From Thermoplasmata archaeon (lineage in GTDB: Archaea > Thermoplasmatota > Thermoplasmata > Lutacidiplasmatales > UBA184): a DNA stretch of 64,000 nucleotides. Made by a program: the position numbers and the translations under genes. The notes beneath the pieces were generated by a model, which saw only the letters and a list, made by a program, of their open reading frames with translations, ran no database searches and was not told the DNA's origin. Shown piece by piece: positions 37,389 to 45,906 of the stretch (position 1 is the first letter of the stretch; each line of letters starts with the position of its first letter). The DNA lies in assembly GCA_028864975.1 (NCBI GenBank), contig JAGWLG010000004.1:82192-146191 (forward strand). Reading direction: 5' to 3'.

Positions 37389-38777
37389 ATGTCCTCGATG
37401 GTCTCGCCCGTGCCCACGGCCCCCTCTGCCTCTCACGGACCGCCGACTTCCAGCGGAACGTCAGGGCCGGGCCCCCGGCCCCGCCCCTCGTGGCTCCGTT
37501 CCTTCTCCCAGTTCGACCGCCGGATCTACCTCATGGGCGTCGGAGCGTTCGTGCGCTCTTCGGGGAGGAGCGCGAGCTGGCTCTTCCTGCCGCTGCTGCT
37601 CTACCTGGGGTATGGTCTCCCCTACGACGAGATCGGGTTGCTGACCGCCGTCATCGTTCCCGTCGCGATCGCGGCGAACTGGCTGGGCGGCGCGGCCGCG
37701 GACCGCTGGGGTCGGCGATGGCTCTCCACCGCGCCCCCCTTCGTTGCCGCGGCCACCTTCTCGCTCCTCTACCTCTACTGGCACGTCTCGCTCGGGCTGC
37801 TCATGGGGCTCTGGGCGCTCAACAGCCTCATGATGAACCTCCAGACGCCGGCGCAGAACGCCGTGATCGGGGACGTCACCCGGGCGGACCTGGCCGTTCA
37901 GGGGTTCAGCTTCCAGCGGGTCCTCTCCAACGCGGGGTTCGCGCTCTCTCCGGCCCTTGGCGGTCTCCTCGCGGCCTCCCATGGGCTTCCCATCGTCTTC
38001 GCGATGGCGGCGACAGGCTCGGCGCTCGAAGGACTGCTCCTACTCGCGTTCCTTCGAGAGAGCCGTCCGCGCTCCTCCTCCGAGGACCCCGTTGACGACG
38101 CTGGGACGGGGAGGAGGCTCCTCGAGACCCGTCCCTGGAGGGGCGGCCTGGTCGAGCCCTTCCGCGACCGCTCGCTGGTGCTCTTCGGCGCCGTGGGGTT
38201 CGGGCTGACGCTGGCGACCCAGCAGTTCGGGACCGCGCTTTCGCTCTATCTCCGGACCTCGCAGTCACTCCCTTTCGACCAGATCGGTGCGATCTACTCC
38301 TTGAACGGGATCCTGGTGGTCCTGCTGCAGCTCCCCATCTCTCTCCTGATGAGGAAGCGCCCCCTCTCCTGGCTCGCCGTGGGTTCGCTGCTCTACGGAG
38401 CAGCCTTCGTGATCTTCGACGCCTCGGCGGGGTTCCTCTTCGACCTAGGGGCGATGACGGTCCTGACCATCGGGGAGGACGTCACGAGCCCGCTCCAGAA
38501 CTCGGTCGTCTCCGGGCTCGGGGGGTCGAAGAGGAGAGGAGGATACTTTGGGGCCTTCAATGTCTTCACCCAGGCCTCTCGGGTGGTGGCTCCCCCTATG
38601 GGCACCCTCCTGCTCGCCGTGAGCGCGACGGCACTTTGGGGGACCTCCGCCTCCATCGCGGTCCTGGCCGCCGCAGGGTATCTCCTGCTCCAGCGGGCGC
38701 GAGGAGAGCGGTTCGAGCCCCCGATGGCGAAGGAGGCCGGGCCGGGAGTCGGGCTTGCCACCGCGAAGCCGGGCTGA
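37389..38777 (+). CDS. Major facilitator superfamily transporter
   Basis: 12 TM pattern, GAAADRWGRR motif A. Confidence 0.92.
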   Translation: MSSMVSPVPTAPSASHGPPTSSGTSGPGPRPRPSWLRSFSQFDRRIYLMGVGAFVRSSGRSASWLFLPLLLYLGYGLPYDEIGLLTAVIVPVAIAANWLGGAAADRWGRRWLSTAPPFVAAATFSLLYLYWHVSLGLLMGLWALNSLMMNLQTPAQNAVIGDVTRADLAVQGFSFQRVLSNAGFALSPALGGLLAASHGLPIVFAMAATGSALEGLLLLAFLRESRPRSSSEDPVDDAGTGRRLLETRPWRGGLVEPFRDRSLVLFGAVGFGLTLATQQFGTALSLYLRTSQSLPFDQIGAIYSLNGILVVLLQLPISLLMRKRPLSWLAVGSLLYGAAFVIFDASAGFLFDLGAMTVLTIGEDVTSPLQNSVVSGLGGSKRRGGYFGAFNVFTQASRVVAPPMGTLLLAVSATALWGTSASIAVLAAAGYLLLQRARGERFEPPMAKEAGPGVGLATAKPG

Positions 38778-38879
38778 AGGCCCACCGAGCGGGACGGAAC
38801 CCGGAAGGGAGGACGGGCCCCCGTCGCCCAGGCGAAGCCATCACCGTTATCTCGGGGACATCATCCGACCCCTGGGGCT

Positions 38880-38997
38880 GCCGAGGTGGCTCAGACCGGT
38901 ACGGCGCGAGCCTGGAAAGCTCGTGGTGGATCTCCACCGCGGGAGTTCAAAGACCGACGGGGACTCCCCCCGTCGATGGAAAGTCTCCCCCTCGGCG
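38880..38997 (+). tRNA. tRNA-Ser(GGA) with 32-nt intron in the T-loop (59/60; intron 38952-38983)
   Basis: Acceptor GCCGAGG/CCTCGGC, discriminator G, anticodon stem CGAGC/GCTCG with GGA at 38914-38916, long variable arm GGTGG/CCACC, T-stem GGGAG/CTCCC interrupted by a hairpin intron forming a relaxed BHB; TTATCT box ~30 bp upstream. Confidence 0.93.
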
Positions 38998-39043
38998 CTC
39001 CCCTTTCCCCGCCGCGACGTCCGGAGCCGAGGTCCGCCGCCCC

Positions 39044-39538
39044 ATGAACATCGATCCCGCTCGCGCTGAGCGCGCGCTGGAAGAAGGAAAGGCGCTGCTT
39101 CGGGGGGCCCCGCGGAACGCGGCGTTCACCCCGCTGTGCCAATGGCTTCGCAAAGGATTCCCGCAGTACAACTGGGTCGGGGTTTACCTCCTCGAAGGTC
39201 AGGAGCTCTCTCTCGCCGCGTGGGATGGCGAGAACGCGACCGAGCACACGACCATTCCTCTCGCGATGGGCATCTGCGGGATGGCCGCCCGCGAGAAGCG
39301 CACGATCAACGTGAAGGACGTCCGCAAGCGACCGGAGTATCTCGCATGCTTCCTCGAGACCCGCAGCGAGATCGTCGTGCCGATCATGGACGGGAGGACG
39401 TGCCTGGGGGAGATCGACATCGATGGGAAGACCGAGGGGGCCTACGACGCCTCGGACGAGAGCTTCCTCGAGCGTCTCGCGGTCGAGCTGGTCCCGTTCG
39501 CCCGAGCGGAGCTCAGGTCCTCATCCTCGAGAGCTTGA
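39044..39538 (+). CDS. msrC: GAF-domain free methionine-R-sulfoxide reductase (fRMsr/YebR family)
   Basis: YNWVGVY, GICG, YLACF..RSEIVVPI, GEIDID. Confidence 0.82.
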   Translation: MNIDPARAERALEEGKALLRGAPRNAAFTPLCQWLRKGFPQYNWVGVYLLEGQELSLAAWDGENATEHTTIPLAMGICGMAAREKRTINVKDVRKRPEYLACFLETRSEIVVPIMDGRTCLGEIDIDGKTEGAYDASDESFLERLAVELVPFARAELRSSSSRA

Positions 39539-40289
39539 GGAGCCGCTCGCGGATCGTCGAGAGCGCCTCGCCGCGCAACGCGGGCCCGTCCGCACTGGAA
39601 GCGATGGCGCGGAGCGTGCGCGGCGCCTTGCGGCGGAGCCGCACGGCCTCTCTCCGCACGTGCGAGAGCGCCCGGGATAGCTCATCGATGATCGGAAGCT
39701 GCGCCACGACCGCGGTGCGAGAGAGGGGGTTCAGGTCGATCGCGATGACGAACTTCCCCGCCAGGACGAGCGCCTGCGCCCGGTCCCCGTCCTCGAGGGG
39801 GACCAAGACCACGTCCGCGCGCAAGATGCCCAGAGGGTCGACCCAGCTGCGGTCCGAGGCGAGCCCCCGCAGCCGGGCGGTGGGGCGGACCCCGAGCACC
39901 TCCTTCACTCCCGCCGCCCGGAGCGCGTGGGCGACGAGCTCGGCCCGACGCGGGGTCCGATGGAACAGGTTCACTTCGACCCGCAGGTGAGGGATGGCGC
40001 GCGCGAGCGCGGCCACTTCCCGGGAGGCGAGAGCGGCCACGTTCCCGTTGACGGAGAGAACGGGTCGCTCGGCCAGCAGGAGGCGGGCGGCCGCCGCTTG
40101 GGCCGCACGTGCCGCAGAAGGCGTGGTCCGCTCTCCGAGGAGGTAATCAAAGGCCTCGCCCCTTCCGTGGGCCATCAGCCCCTCCGGGACGACCAGTCCG
40201 CGTTGCATCTCCTCGGCGAGACCCGCCCGGACCAGCAGGCTGCGGTACCGCGGATGCGACCGGGGGATCACGGTCATGGTCCTCGCCAT
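39513..40289 (-). CDS. Phosphopantothenate synthetase (4-phosphopantoate--beta-alanine ligase)
   Basis: IPRSHPRY, AHGRGEAFDYLLGE, SVNGNVAAL, EVNLFHR, VPLEDGDR, IDLNPLSRTA. Confidence 0.95.
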   Translation of the reverse strand: MARTMTVIPRSHPRYRSLLVRAGLAEEMQRGLVVPEGLMAHGRGEAFDYLLGERTTPSAARAAQAAAARLLLAERPVLSVNGNVAALASREVAALARAIPHLRVEVNLFHRTPRRAELVAHALRAAGVKEVLGVRPTARLRGLASDRSWVDPLGILRADVVLVPLEDGDRAQALVLAGKFVIAIDLNPLSRTAVVAQLPIIDELSRALSHVRREAVRLRRKAPRTLRAIASSADGPALRGEALSTIRERLLKLSRMRT

Positions 40290-40299
40290 GGACGGGCGC

Positions 40300-41127
40300 T
40301 CAAAGAGGCTCGCGCTCGCGCGTCGAGGGGGAGGGCGGTGCGAGGTCGGATGCCGGGTCCCATCGCGGCGACCGAACCGGGAGCGGCCCGCCCCAGAGAG
40401 CCCCTCCTGGGGTCACGTGCAGGGCCCTGCCGAGAATGAGCACGCCCCCACTCCTTGCCCGCTCGACCGCTCGGGCGAACCGGGGGTCCATCGCCCCGTA
40501 GGGACGTACCTCACGCACGTCGTCCCTCTGGACGAGGAAGAGGAGGGCGGCGCGTCCCCCTCGCCTGAGCACGAAACGGGTCAGAGCCTCGACATGGGAC
40601 GCGCCTCGCACCGTGGGGGCGTCCGGGAAGAGCGCGGTAGGGCCTTCGCGGAGGTTCGAGCTCTTCACCTCCAAGAGGGCCCGGGGCGTGGGCCGACCGC
40701 CCGCGAGGAGCACCGCGTGGTCGAAGCGGTGGTGTCCCCAGGGGACCTCGCTCGACCATCTCCCCCAGTCGGCCACCGGGCGGACCCAACCGCCCTCCAG
40801 CGCCTGGTCGACGAGGGGCCGAGCCGCCCCCGTGTCGATGGAGACGAGGGTGGTGGGGTCGCCCGGGGCTTCGACGTCCACCAGGGTCCACGACGTGCGC
40901 CGCTGCCCTTGGGCGGAGGGCGAGGTCCTCTCGCGCGGCGGGACGATGTGGCCGTAGGTCCGTCCCGGAGGAAGGAGCTCCCGCAACCGTCCCGGGTTCG
41001 GAACGTGGGCCTCGAGCACTCCAAGCTCCGGGTCCTCGACCCGGCAGAGGTAGCGGTTGGGCCGCTCCAGGAAGCGCACGCGGCGGGCGGCCCCGGCGTA
41101 CCGCAGTTCGGGGCGCGCTCGGCCCAC
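40300..41127 (-). CDS. sfsA: Sugar fermentation stimulation protein SfsA (PD-(D/E)XK nuclease)
   Basis: FLERPNRY, HVPNPGRLRELL, RFD, LEVKS, FPDAPTVRG..H, LFLVQR. Confidence 0.9.
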   Translation of the reverse strand: MGRARPELRYAGAARRVRFLERPNRYLCRVEDPELGVLEAHVPNPGRLRELLPPGRTYGHIVPPRERTSPSAQGQRRTSWTLVDVEAPGDPTTLVSIDTGAARPLVDQALEGGWVRPVADWGRWSSEVPWGHHRFDHAVLLAGGRPTPRALLEVKSSNLREGPTALFPDAPTVRGASHVEALTRFVLRRGGRAALLFLVQRDDVREVRPYGAMDPRFARAVERARSGGVLILGRALHVTPGGALWGGPLPVRSPRWDPASDLAPPSPSTREREPL

Positions 41128-41144
41128 GTCCCCTCGTCCGTCTC

Positions 41145-42308
41145 TCAGTCGAAGCCCGGGCCTAGGAGCTCGCGCGCGATCACCAGACGGCGGATCTCGC
41201 TCGTACCGGCCCCGATCTCGAGGAGCTTGGCGTCGCGCATCAACCGTTCCACCGGGAGGTCGCGCATGTAGCCGTTCCCGCCATGGACCTGGATCGCCTC
41301 CAGCGCCACGCGCGTCGAGGCTTCGCTCGCGTACGTCAGGGCTGCGCAGGCGGGTCGGCCCGTCCGCTTGTCGCGGCCCACCGCGTCCAGAGCAGCCCAC
41401 ACGAGCCCGCGCGACGCCTCGAGCTGCATGTACATGTTGGCGAGCTTCTCCTGGATGAGCTGGAACTGACCGATCTTCTTCTGGAACTGTTCGCGCTCCT
41501 GGGCGTACTTGGTGGACAAGGCGAGGCACTCGTCCATGATCCCCAGCGGGATCGCGGCCAGCACCGCACGCTCGACGTTGAGACCGCTCATCACGATCTC
41601 GACGCCCTGGTTCTCCTTCCCTAGGAGGTTCTCCTTCGGGACCTCGACGTTGTCGAAGACAAGCTCGCCGGTGGGAGACCCTCGCATCCCCATCTTGTCC
41701 AGCTTGCGACTCACCGAAAAGCCCGAGAAGGTCTTCTCGACGATGAAGGCACTGATGCCGCGGGAGCCCCTCGACGGATCGGTCTTGGCGTAGACGAGGA
41801 GCGTGTCCGCTACGGGACCGTTCGTGATGAACTGCTTCGTGCCGTTCAGGACGTAGTGTCCCCCCTTCCTCTCCGCCCTCGTCTGGAGCGACACGGCATC
41901 CGACCCGGCGTTGGGCTCGGTCAGGGCGAGGGCACCCGTACGTTCCCCCTTCGCGAGCGAGGGAACGTACTTCTTCCGCTGCTCCGCGCTGGCGTTACGG
42001 CACAGATTGTCGAGGCAAAGGTTCGAGTGGGCCCCGACCGAAAGGGCGAAGGCGGGAGAGATCCGGGCGATCTCCTCGAGGATGAGGGCCTGGGCCACGT
42101 AGTCGAGGCCAGCCCCCTCAAGCTCCGTCGGTACGGTCACGCCCAGGTACCCCTGGGCCCCCATCCGTCGGAAGACGTCGATCGGCCAGAAGTCCTCCCG
42201 GTCCATCTTGTCCGCGACCGGGGCGAGCTCCTTGCGGACGAAGCTCCGTACGGACTCCTGGAGCGAGCGTTCCTCCTCGGAGAGGGAAAGCTGCACGGTC
42301 TCCCCCAT
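41145..42308 (-). CDS. Acyl-CoA dehydrogenase (isovaleryl-CoA dehydrogenase-like)
   Basis: [54 protein letters not shown]. Confidence 0.93.
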   Translation of the reverse strand: MGETVQLSLSEEERSLQESVRSFVRKELAPVADKMDREDFWPIDVFRRMGAQGYLGVTVPTELEGAGLDYVAQALILEEIARISPAFALSVGAHSNLCLDNLCRNASAEQRKKYVPSLAKGERTGALALTEPNAGSDAVSLQTRAERKGGHYVLNGTKQFITNGPVADTLLVYAKTDPSRGSRGISAFIVEKTFSGFSVSRKLDKMGMRGSPTGELVFDNVEVPKENLLGKENQGVEIVMSGLNVERAVLAAIPLGIMDECLALSTKYAQEREQFQKKIGQFQLIQEKLANMYMQLEASRGLVWAALDAVGRDKRTGRPACAALTYASEASTRVALEAIQVHGGNGYMRDLPVERLMRDAKLLEIGAGTSEIRRLVIARELLGPGFD

Positions 42309-42397
42309 GGGCTCCTCCCAAAAACCCCTAGGGGAAGCGTGGAGGGCCACCTGCGGGCCCCGACGACCGAAGCCGAGGACGGGCTCCCTCCTATGAC

Positions 42398-42425
42398 GGT
42401 AATATATATTACCATTAACGGTAAT
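42398..42425. promoter_or_regulatory. Perfect 16-bp palindrome plus third half-site in a divergent promoter
   Basis: GGTAATATATATTACC (42398-42413), then GGTAAT at 42420-42425. Confidence 0.75.
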
Positions 42426-42436
42426 CTAGAATACCT

Positions 42437-43834
42437 ATGTTCGTGGGTCGGTCCTGGGAACTCTCCGCCCTCCTGAGGGCCCTGGAGAAGGGCCCTCCTC
42501 AGTTCGTGCGTGTCCTAGGTCGACGTCGCGTGGGGAAGACCGAGCTCCTTCTCCATTTCCTCGAAGGGCGGAAGGCCCTGCTCTTCGACGTCGATGAGAC
42601 GACCACCCCCGTGATGCTAGGGACGCTGGCCGCCCAGTTCGCGACCCAGGTGCGGACCGACCCACCCTTCCTGCGCACGTGGGATGACTTCTTGGACGCC
42701 GTTGAGCGCTCCGGCCTCCCGCTGATCGTCTTCGATGAGTTCCAGCATGTCCTCGAGTCAGGAGGCGGTGGCGAAGGCCGGCTCCGTTCCCGATGGGACC
42801 GGCGATGGCGCAAGAGTGGCCCGAGCGTCATCCTCTGCGGGAGCAGCATCGGAATGATGCGAGGGCTCGCGGAGGCCCGAGGGGCCCCGCTCTACGGTCG
42901 GCTGACCGCGGACCTGCGGCTACGACCGATGGAGTACCGGGATGTCCGTGCCTTCCACCCGGACCTTTCGGAGGCCGAGCGGGTCCGTCGGTTCGCGGTC
43001 TTCGGAGGCACCCCCTACTACCAGGCGATGTCGCTCAAAGGGACCCTGGAGGAGTCGATCTCACGGGCGCTCCTCAACCCCGAATCTCCGTTGCTCAACG
43101 AGCCGACCTTGCTGCTCCGGTCCGAGTACGGGGACCCGACCCGCTACAACAGCGTCCTGACCGCGGTGGGAGAGGGGTGCCACGCGCTGCACGACATCGA
43201 GTCCCGGCTGGGAACCCCCCATGGGGGTCTGGGGTCGTACCTGCGGTCCCTCCAGGAGGACATGGACCTGATATCGCTCGAGGTTCCCTTGCTGGGCAGG
43301 TCGAAACTCGGTCGCTACGTGATCAGCGATCCCTTCTTTGCGTTCTACTACCGGTTCATTCCCAAGGAGCGCCCTCTGATCGAAGCCCGGAAAGGGGACG
43401 ATGTCCTCTCCCGGATCCGGCCCCAGCTGGAGGAGCGGGCCGGGAGGGTTTTCGAGCGTGTAGCTCTCGAGGCCCTGGTCCGCGCCCCAGAGATAGGGGG
43501 TCGGTCGCCACGGCTGCGAGCCTGGGGGCGTTGGTGGAACCGTACCGGGGAGGAGATCGATATCGTGCTCGTGGGAGAGGACCGCGTCTGGGCGGGTGAG
43601 GTCAAGTGGTCCTCAGCGCCCCAAGGCACGTCTCTGGTCTACGACCTCCTGCGGAAGATCCCCCTCATCGAAGGACGCGGGCAGCTCACCGTGCTGCCCT
43701 TCGTCGTGAGCCGCGGGGGAGTCACCGACGGTGCCGCGCATCTCCTCGAAGAGCGAGGAGGATTCGCGCTGACCCTGGAGGACCTGACGGGGCTGTTCGA
43801 AGGACTGGAGCGAGCACCTCTACACGGGTCGTGA
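42437..43834 (+). CDS. Archaeal ATPase (ATPase_2) with wHTH and DUF234 / PD-(D/E)XK C-terminal domain
   Basis: FVGRSWEL, GRRRVGKT, FDEFQ, CGSS, LYGR, GGTPYY, DPFFAFYYRF, EIDIV..GEVKW. Confidence 0.9.
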   Translation: MFVGRSWELSALLRALEKGPPQFVRVLGRRRVGKTELLLHFLEGRKALLFDVDETTTPVMLGTLAAQFATQVRTDPPFLRTWDDFLDAVERSGLPLIVFDEFQHVLESGGGGEGRLRSRWDRRWRKSGPSVILCGSSIGMMRGLAEARGAPLYGRLTADLRLRPMEYRDVRAFHPDLSEAERVRRFAVFGGTPYYQAMSLKGTLEESISRALLNPESPLLNEPTLLLRSEYGDPTRYNSVLTAVGEGCHALHDIESRLGTPHGGLGSYLRSLQEDMDLISLEVPLLGRSKLGRYVISDPFFAFYYRFIPKERPLIEARKGDDVLSRIRPQLEERAGRVFERVALEALVRAPEIGGRSPRLRAWGRWWNRTGEEIDIVLVGEDRVWAGEVKWSSAPQGTSLVYDLLRKIPLIEGRGQLTVLPFVVSRGGVTDGAAHLLEERGGFALTLEDLTGLFEGLERAPLHGS

Positions 43835-44420
43835 GCTGGCCCCTGGTGGCGCGGGTTGCTGCACCGTCCCGGTCTCCGTGCCGGTCGAAGTCATGCACCC
43901 CATGCCACCCTGTCCCCCCATGCCCTGGTCGTAGTCTCCGCCGGTACCATTGCCGCTGCGGTGGCCGCAGCAGGGGCCGCTGCCCCCCCCCAGTCCCGAT
44001 TCCTCTCACGATCCCGTTGCCTCCCCAGGTGCCGTTCTGCCGCCCTCCTCCCGGGTCTCCGACCATGGGCCCCTGACCTTGACCCCACGGGGAGCAAGCC
44101 CCCAGGGGTCCCGCGTGACCCGTGGGCTCACCCCAGGGACCCGAGAAGGTCCCGCCGGAGGCGACCGCGAAGATCCGGCCTCCGCCCATCAGGTCCATGA
44201 CGGCGCCCACCAGGACCCCTTTGCCGCTCAGCCACCCGCCGACCCCGCACCATCCCGGGGTCGCCCCGACCATGGTTTGGACCGCCTGGACATCCGTGGG
44301 GGGAACCACCTCGAACTTGGAAGAGATCCGTACGACCCGCTCGTTCGAACATCACGCTGGAGTGGGGGACGATCGTCGAACGGACCCGACACGTTCGCTT
44401 CCGCGAAGGTGCCGCGCGAC
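43830..44420 (-). pseudogene. Possible decayed Gly-rich ORF
   Basis: Protein-like stretches in different frames (TFAEANVSGPFDD; VVRISSKFEVVPPTDVQAVQTMVGATPGWCGVGG; Gly-rich tail) broken by shifts. Confidence 0.25.
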
Positions 44421-44581
44421 CTCGCGCGCCGCCGGCACGGGGCTTGTCAACGCAGTCCGTCGGAACGGGTCCTCTGTCTCGGTGACTAGCAGGCGTGCTG
44501 GGGGGAGTTCCGGGTGCATAGGTTGGAGGATGAGATGGAGGGACAGAACCTATCTGTACCTCTCGACCTTGAAACCTAGGA

Positions 44582-44914
44582 ATGCCGAAGGAGATTCCCG
44601 CCCTCGACCCGGAGCTCCTTGCCGACATCATACGACGTGTCGTTCGCGTAGCCCATCCCGTCAGGATCGTGCTGTTCGGGTCCTCCGCCCGTGGCCAGCG
44701 AAGGCCCGACAGCGACGTCGACCTGCTCGTCGTGGTCCGCCCCCGCGTCCATCGTGGGCACCTCGCCGAACGGATCTACCAGAGCTTCATCGGCCTTGAG
44801 GTCCCCGTGGATGTCATCGTCGCCACCGAGGACGACATTGAGCGCCATCGATCGAACCCGGGACTGATCTACCAGACCATCCTGGAGGAGGGAACTGCCG
44901 TCTATGGCTCGTAG
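44582..44914 (+). CDS. Minimal nucleotidyltransferase (MNT) antitoxin
   Basis: IVLFGSSARG..DSDVDLLVV. Confidence 0.92.
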   Translation: MPKEIPALDPELLADIIRRVVRVAHPVRIVLFGSSARGQRRPDSDVDLLVVVRPRVHRGHLAERIYQSFIGLEVPVDVIVATEDDIERHRSNPGLIYQTILEEGTAVYGS

Positions 44915-45283
44915 CGGAGCGAGGGATGGCAGCCCACAGGACTGGCTGGCGCGTGCGCTCAGCAATCTGACCCGAGCTCGCCAGCCAAGGCCGATGGACG
45001 TCTTCTGGGAGGACCTGTGCTTCGATGCCCAACAGGCGGCCGAGAAGAGCCACAAGGCCGTATTGGTCTCCCGTGGCAGCACCGTTCCACGGACCCACAG
45101 CTTCGCCGACCTCCTCACGCTCCTTTCGAAATCGACCCCTTCATTCCCCGAGTAGCTTGGAGAGGTTGCCGGTCTCACACGGTACGCGGCAGAGGCCGAC
45201 ACCGGACGACCTCTGACCCGGTCACGGATGCCATGACCGATCCTCGCCACAAACTCGCGGAGACGGTGCGGCCGAACGTCTGA
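44904..45283 (+). pseudogene. HEPN-domain toxin, disrupted (in-frame TAG plus frameshift)
   Basis: DWLARA..CFDAQQAAEK..PRTHS; TAG at 45153-45155 is followed in frame by LGEVAGLTRYAAEA (the LT.YA..RYP motif), then the frame shifts. Confidence 0.75.
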
Positions 45284-45308
45284 AGAGAGCCTTCCGCTGG
45301 AGGCAGGC

Positions 45309-45794
45309 ATGTCCTTCCTCGAGAACCCCCCCGAGAACGTGTGCTTCGGCTGCGGCAAGGCCAATCCGCGAGGACTGCACCTCGATTTCGAGCTCAAGCC
45401 ATCCTCCCCGCCGGGAGGGGAGCGGGTCGTGACCCAGTTCGTCCCCAAGGAGGACGAGGTCGGATGGCCGGGGCTCCTCCATACCGGGTTCCATCAGTTC
45501 GTCCTGTTCGAGACCGCCTATTGGGCAGCGCTCACGCTGGGTGGGAAGGTGCACCGGTTCGGGGGCCATGCCTCCTTCGACCAGGACCGGCTTCCGAGAG
45601 TAGGGCGCGTATGCACCGTGGAGGCCTCCATCGTTGGCAGAGACCCCGAACTCAAGGTCCTCGCGACCTCACGCAACGATCGTGGGGCTCCTTGCGGTAG
45701 GCTGGAGACGAACTGGGTTCCCGCCAGTCGGAAGGCCGTGGAGGCGGCGGGCATCTCTCTGCCCACCTACCTCCTTGACGAGATGGACCCCTAG
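45309..45794 (+). CDS. PaaI-like hotdog-fold thioesterase
   Basis: NVCFGCGKANPRGL, GWPGLLHTG. Confidence 0.82.
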   Translation: MSFLENPPENVCFGCGKANPRGLHLDFELKPSSPPGGERVVTQFVPKEDEVGWPGLLHTGFHQFVLFETAYWAALTLGGKVHRFGGHASFDQDRLPRVGRVCTVEASIVGRDPELKVLATSRNDRGAPCGRLETNWVPASRKAVEAAGISLPTYLLDEMDP

Positions 45795-45906
45795 ACTCGG
45801 CGGCTGTGCCGAGGTCGTCCACCACCCCTCGTCATCCGTTGAGGGGCGGCGGCCGGAGGAGGCGTGCGTCGCCTCCCGCCCGGCTCCAACGGGGAGGGGG
45901 CGCGTT

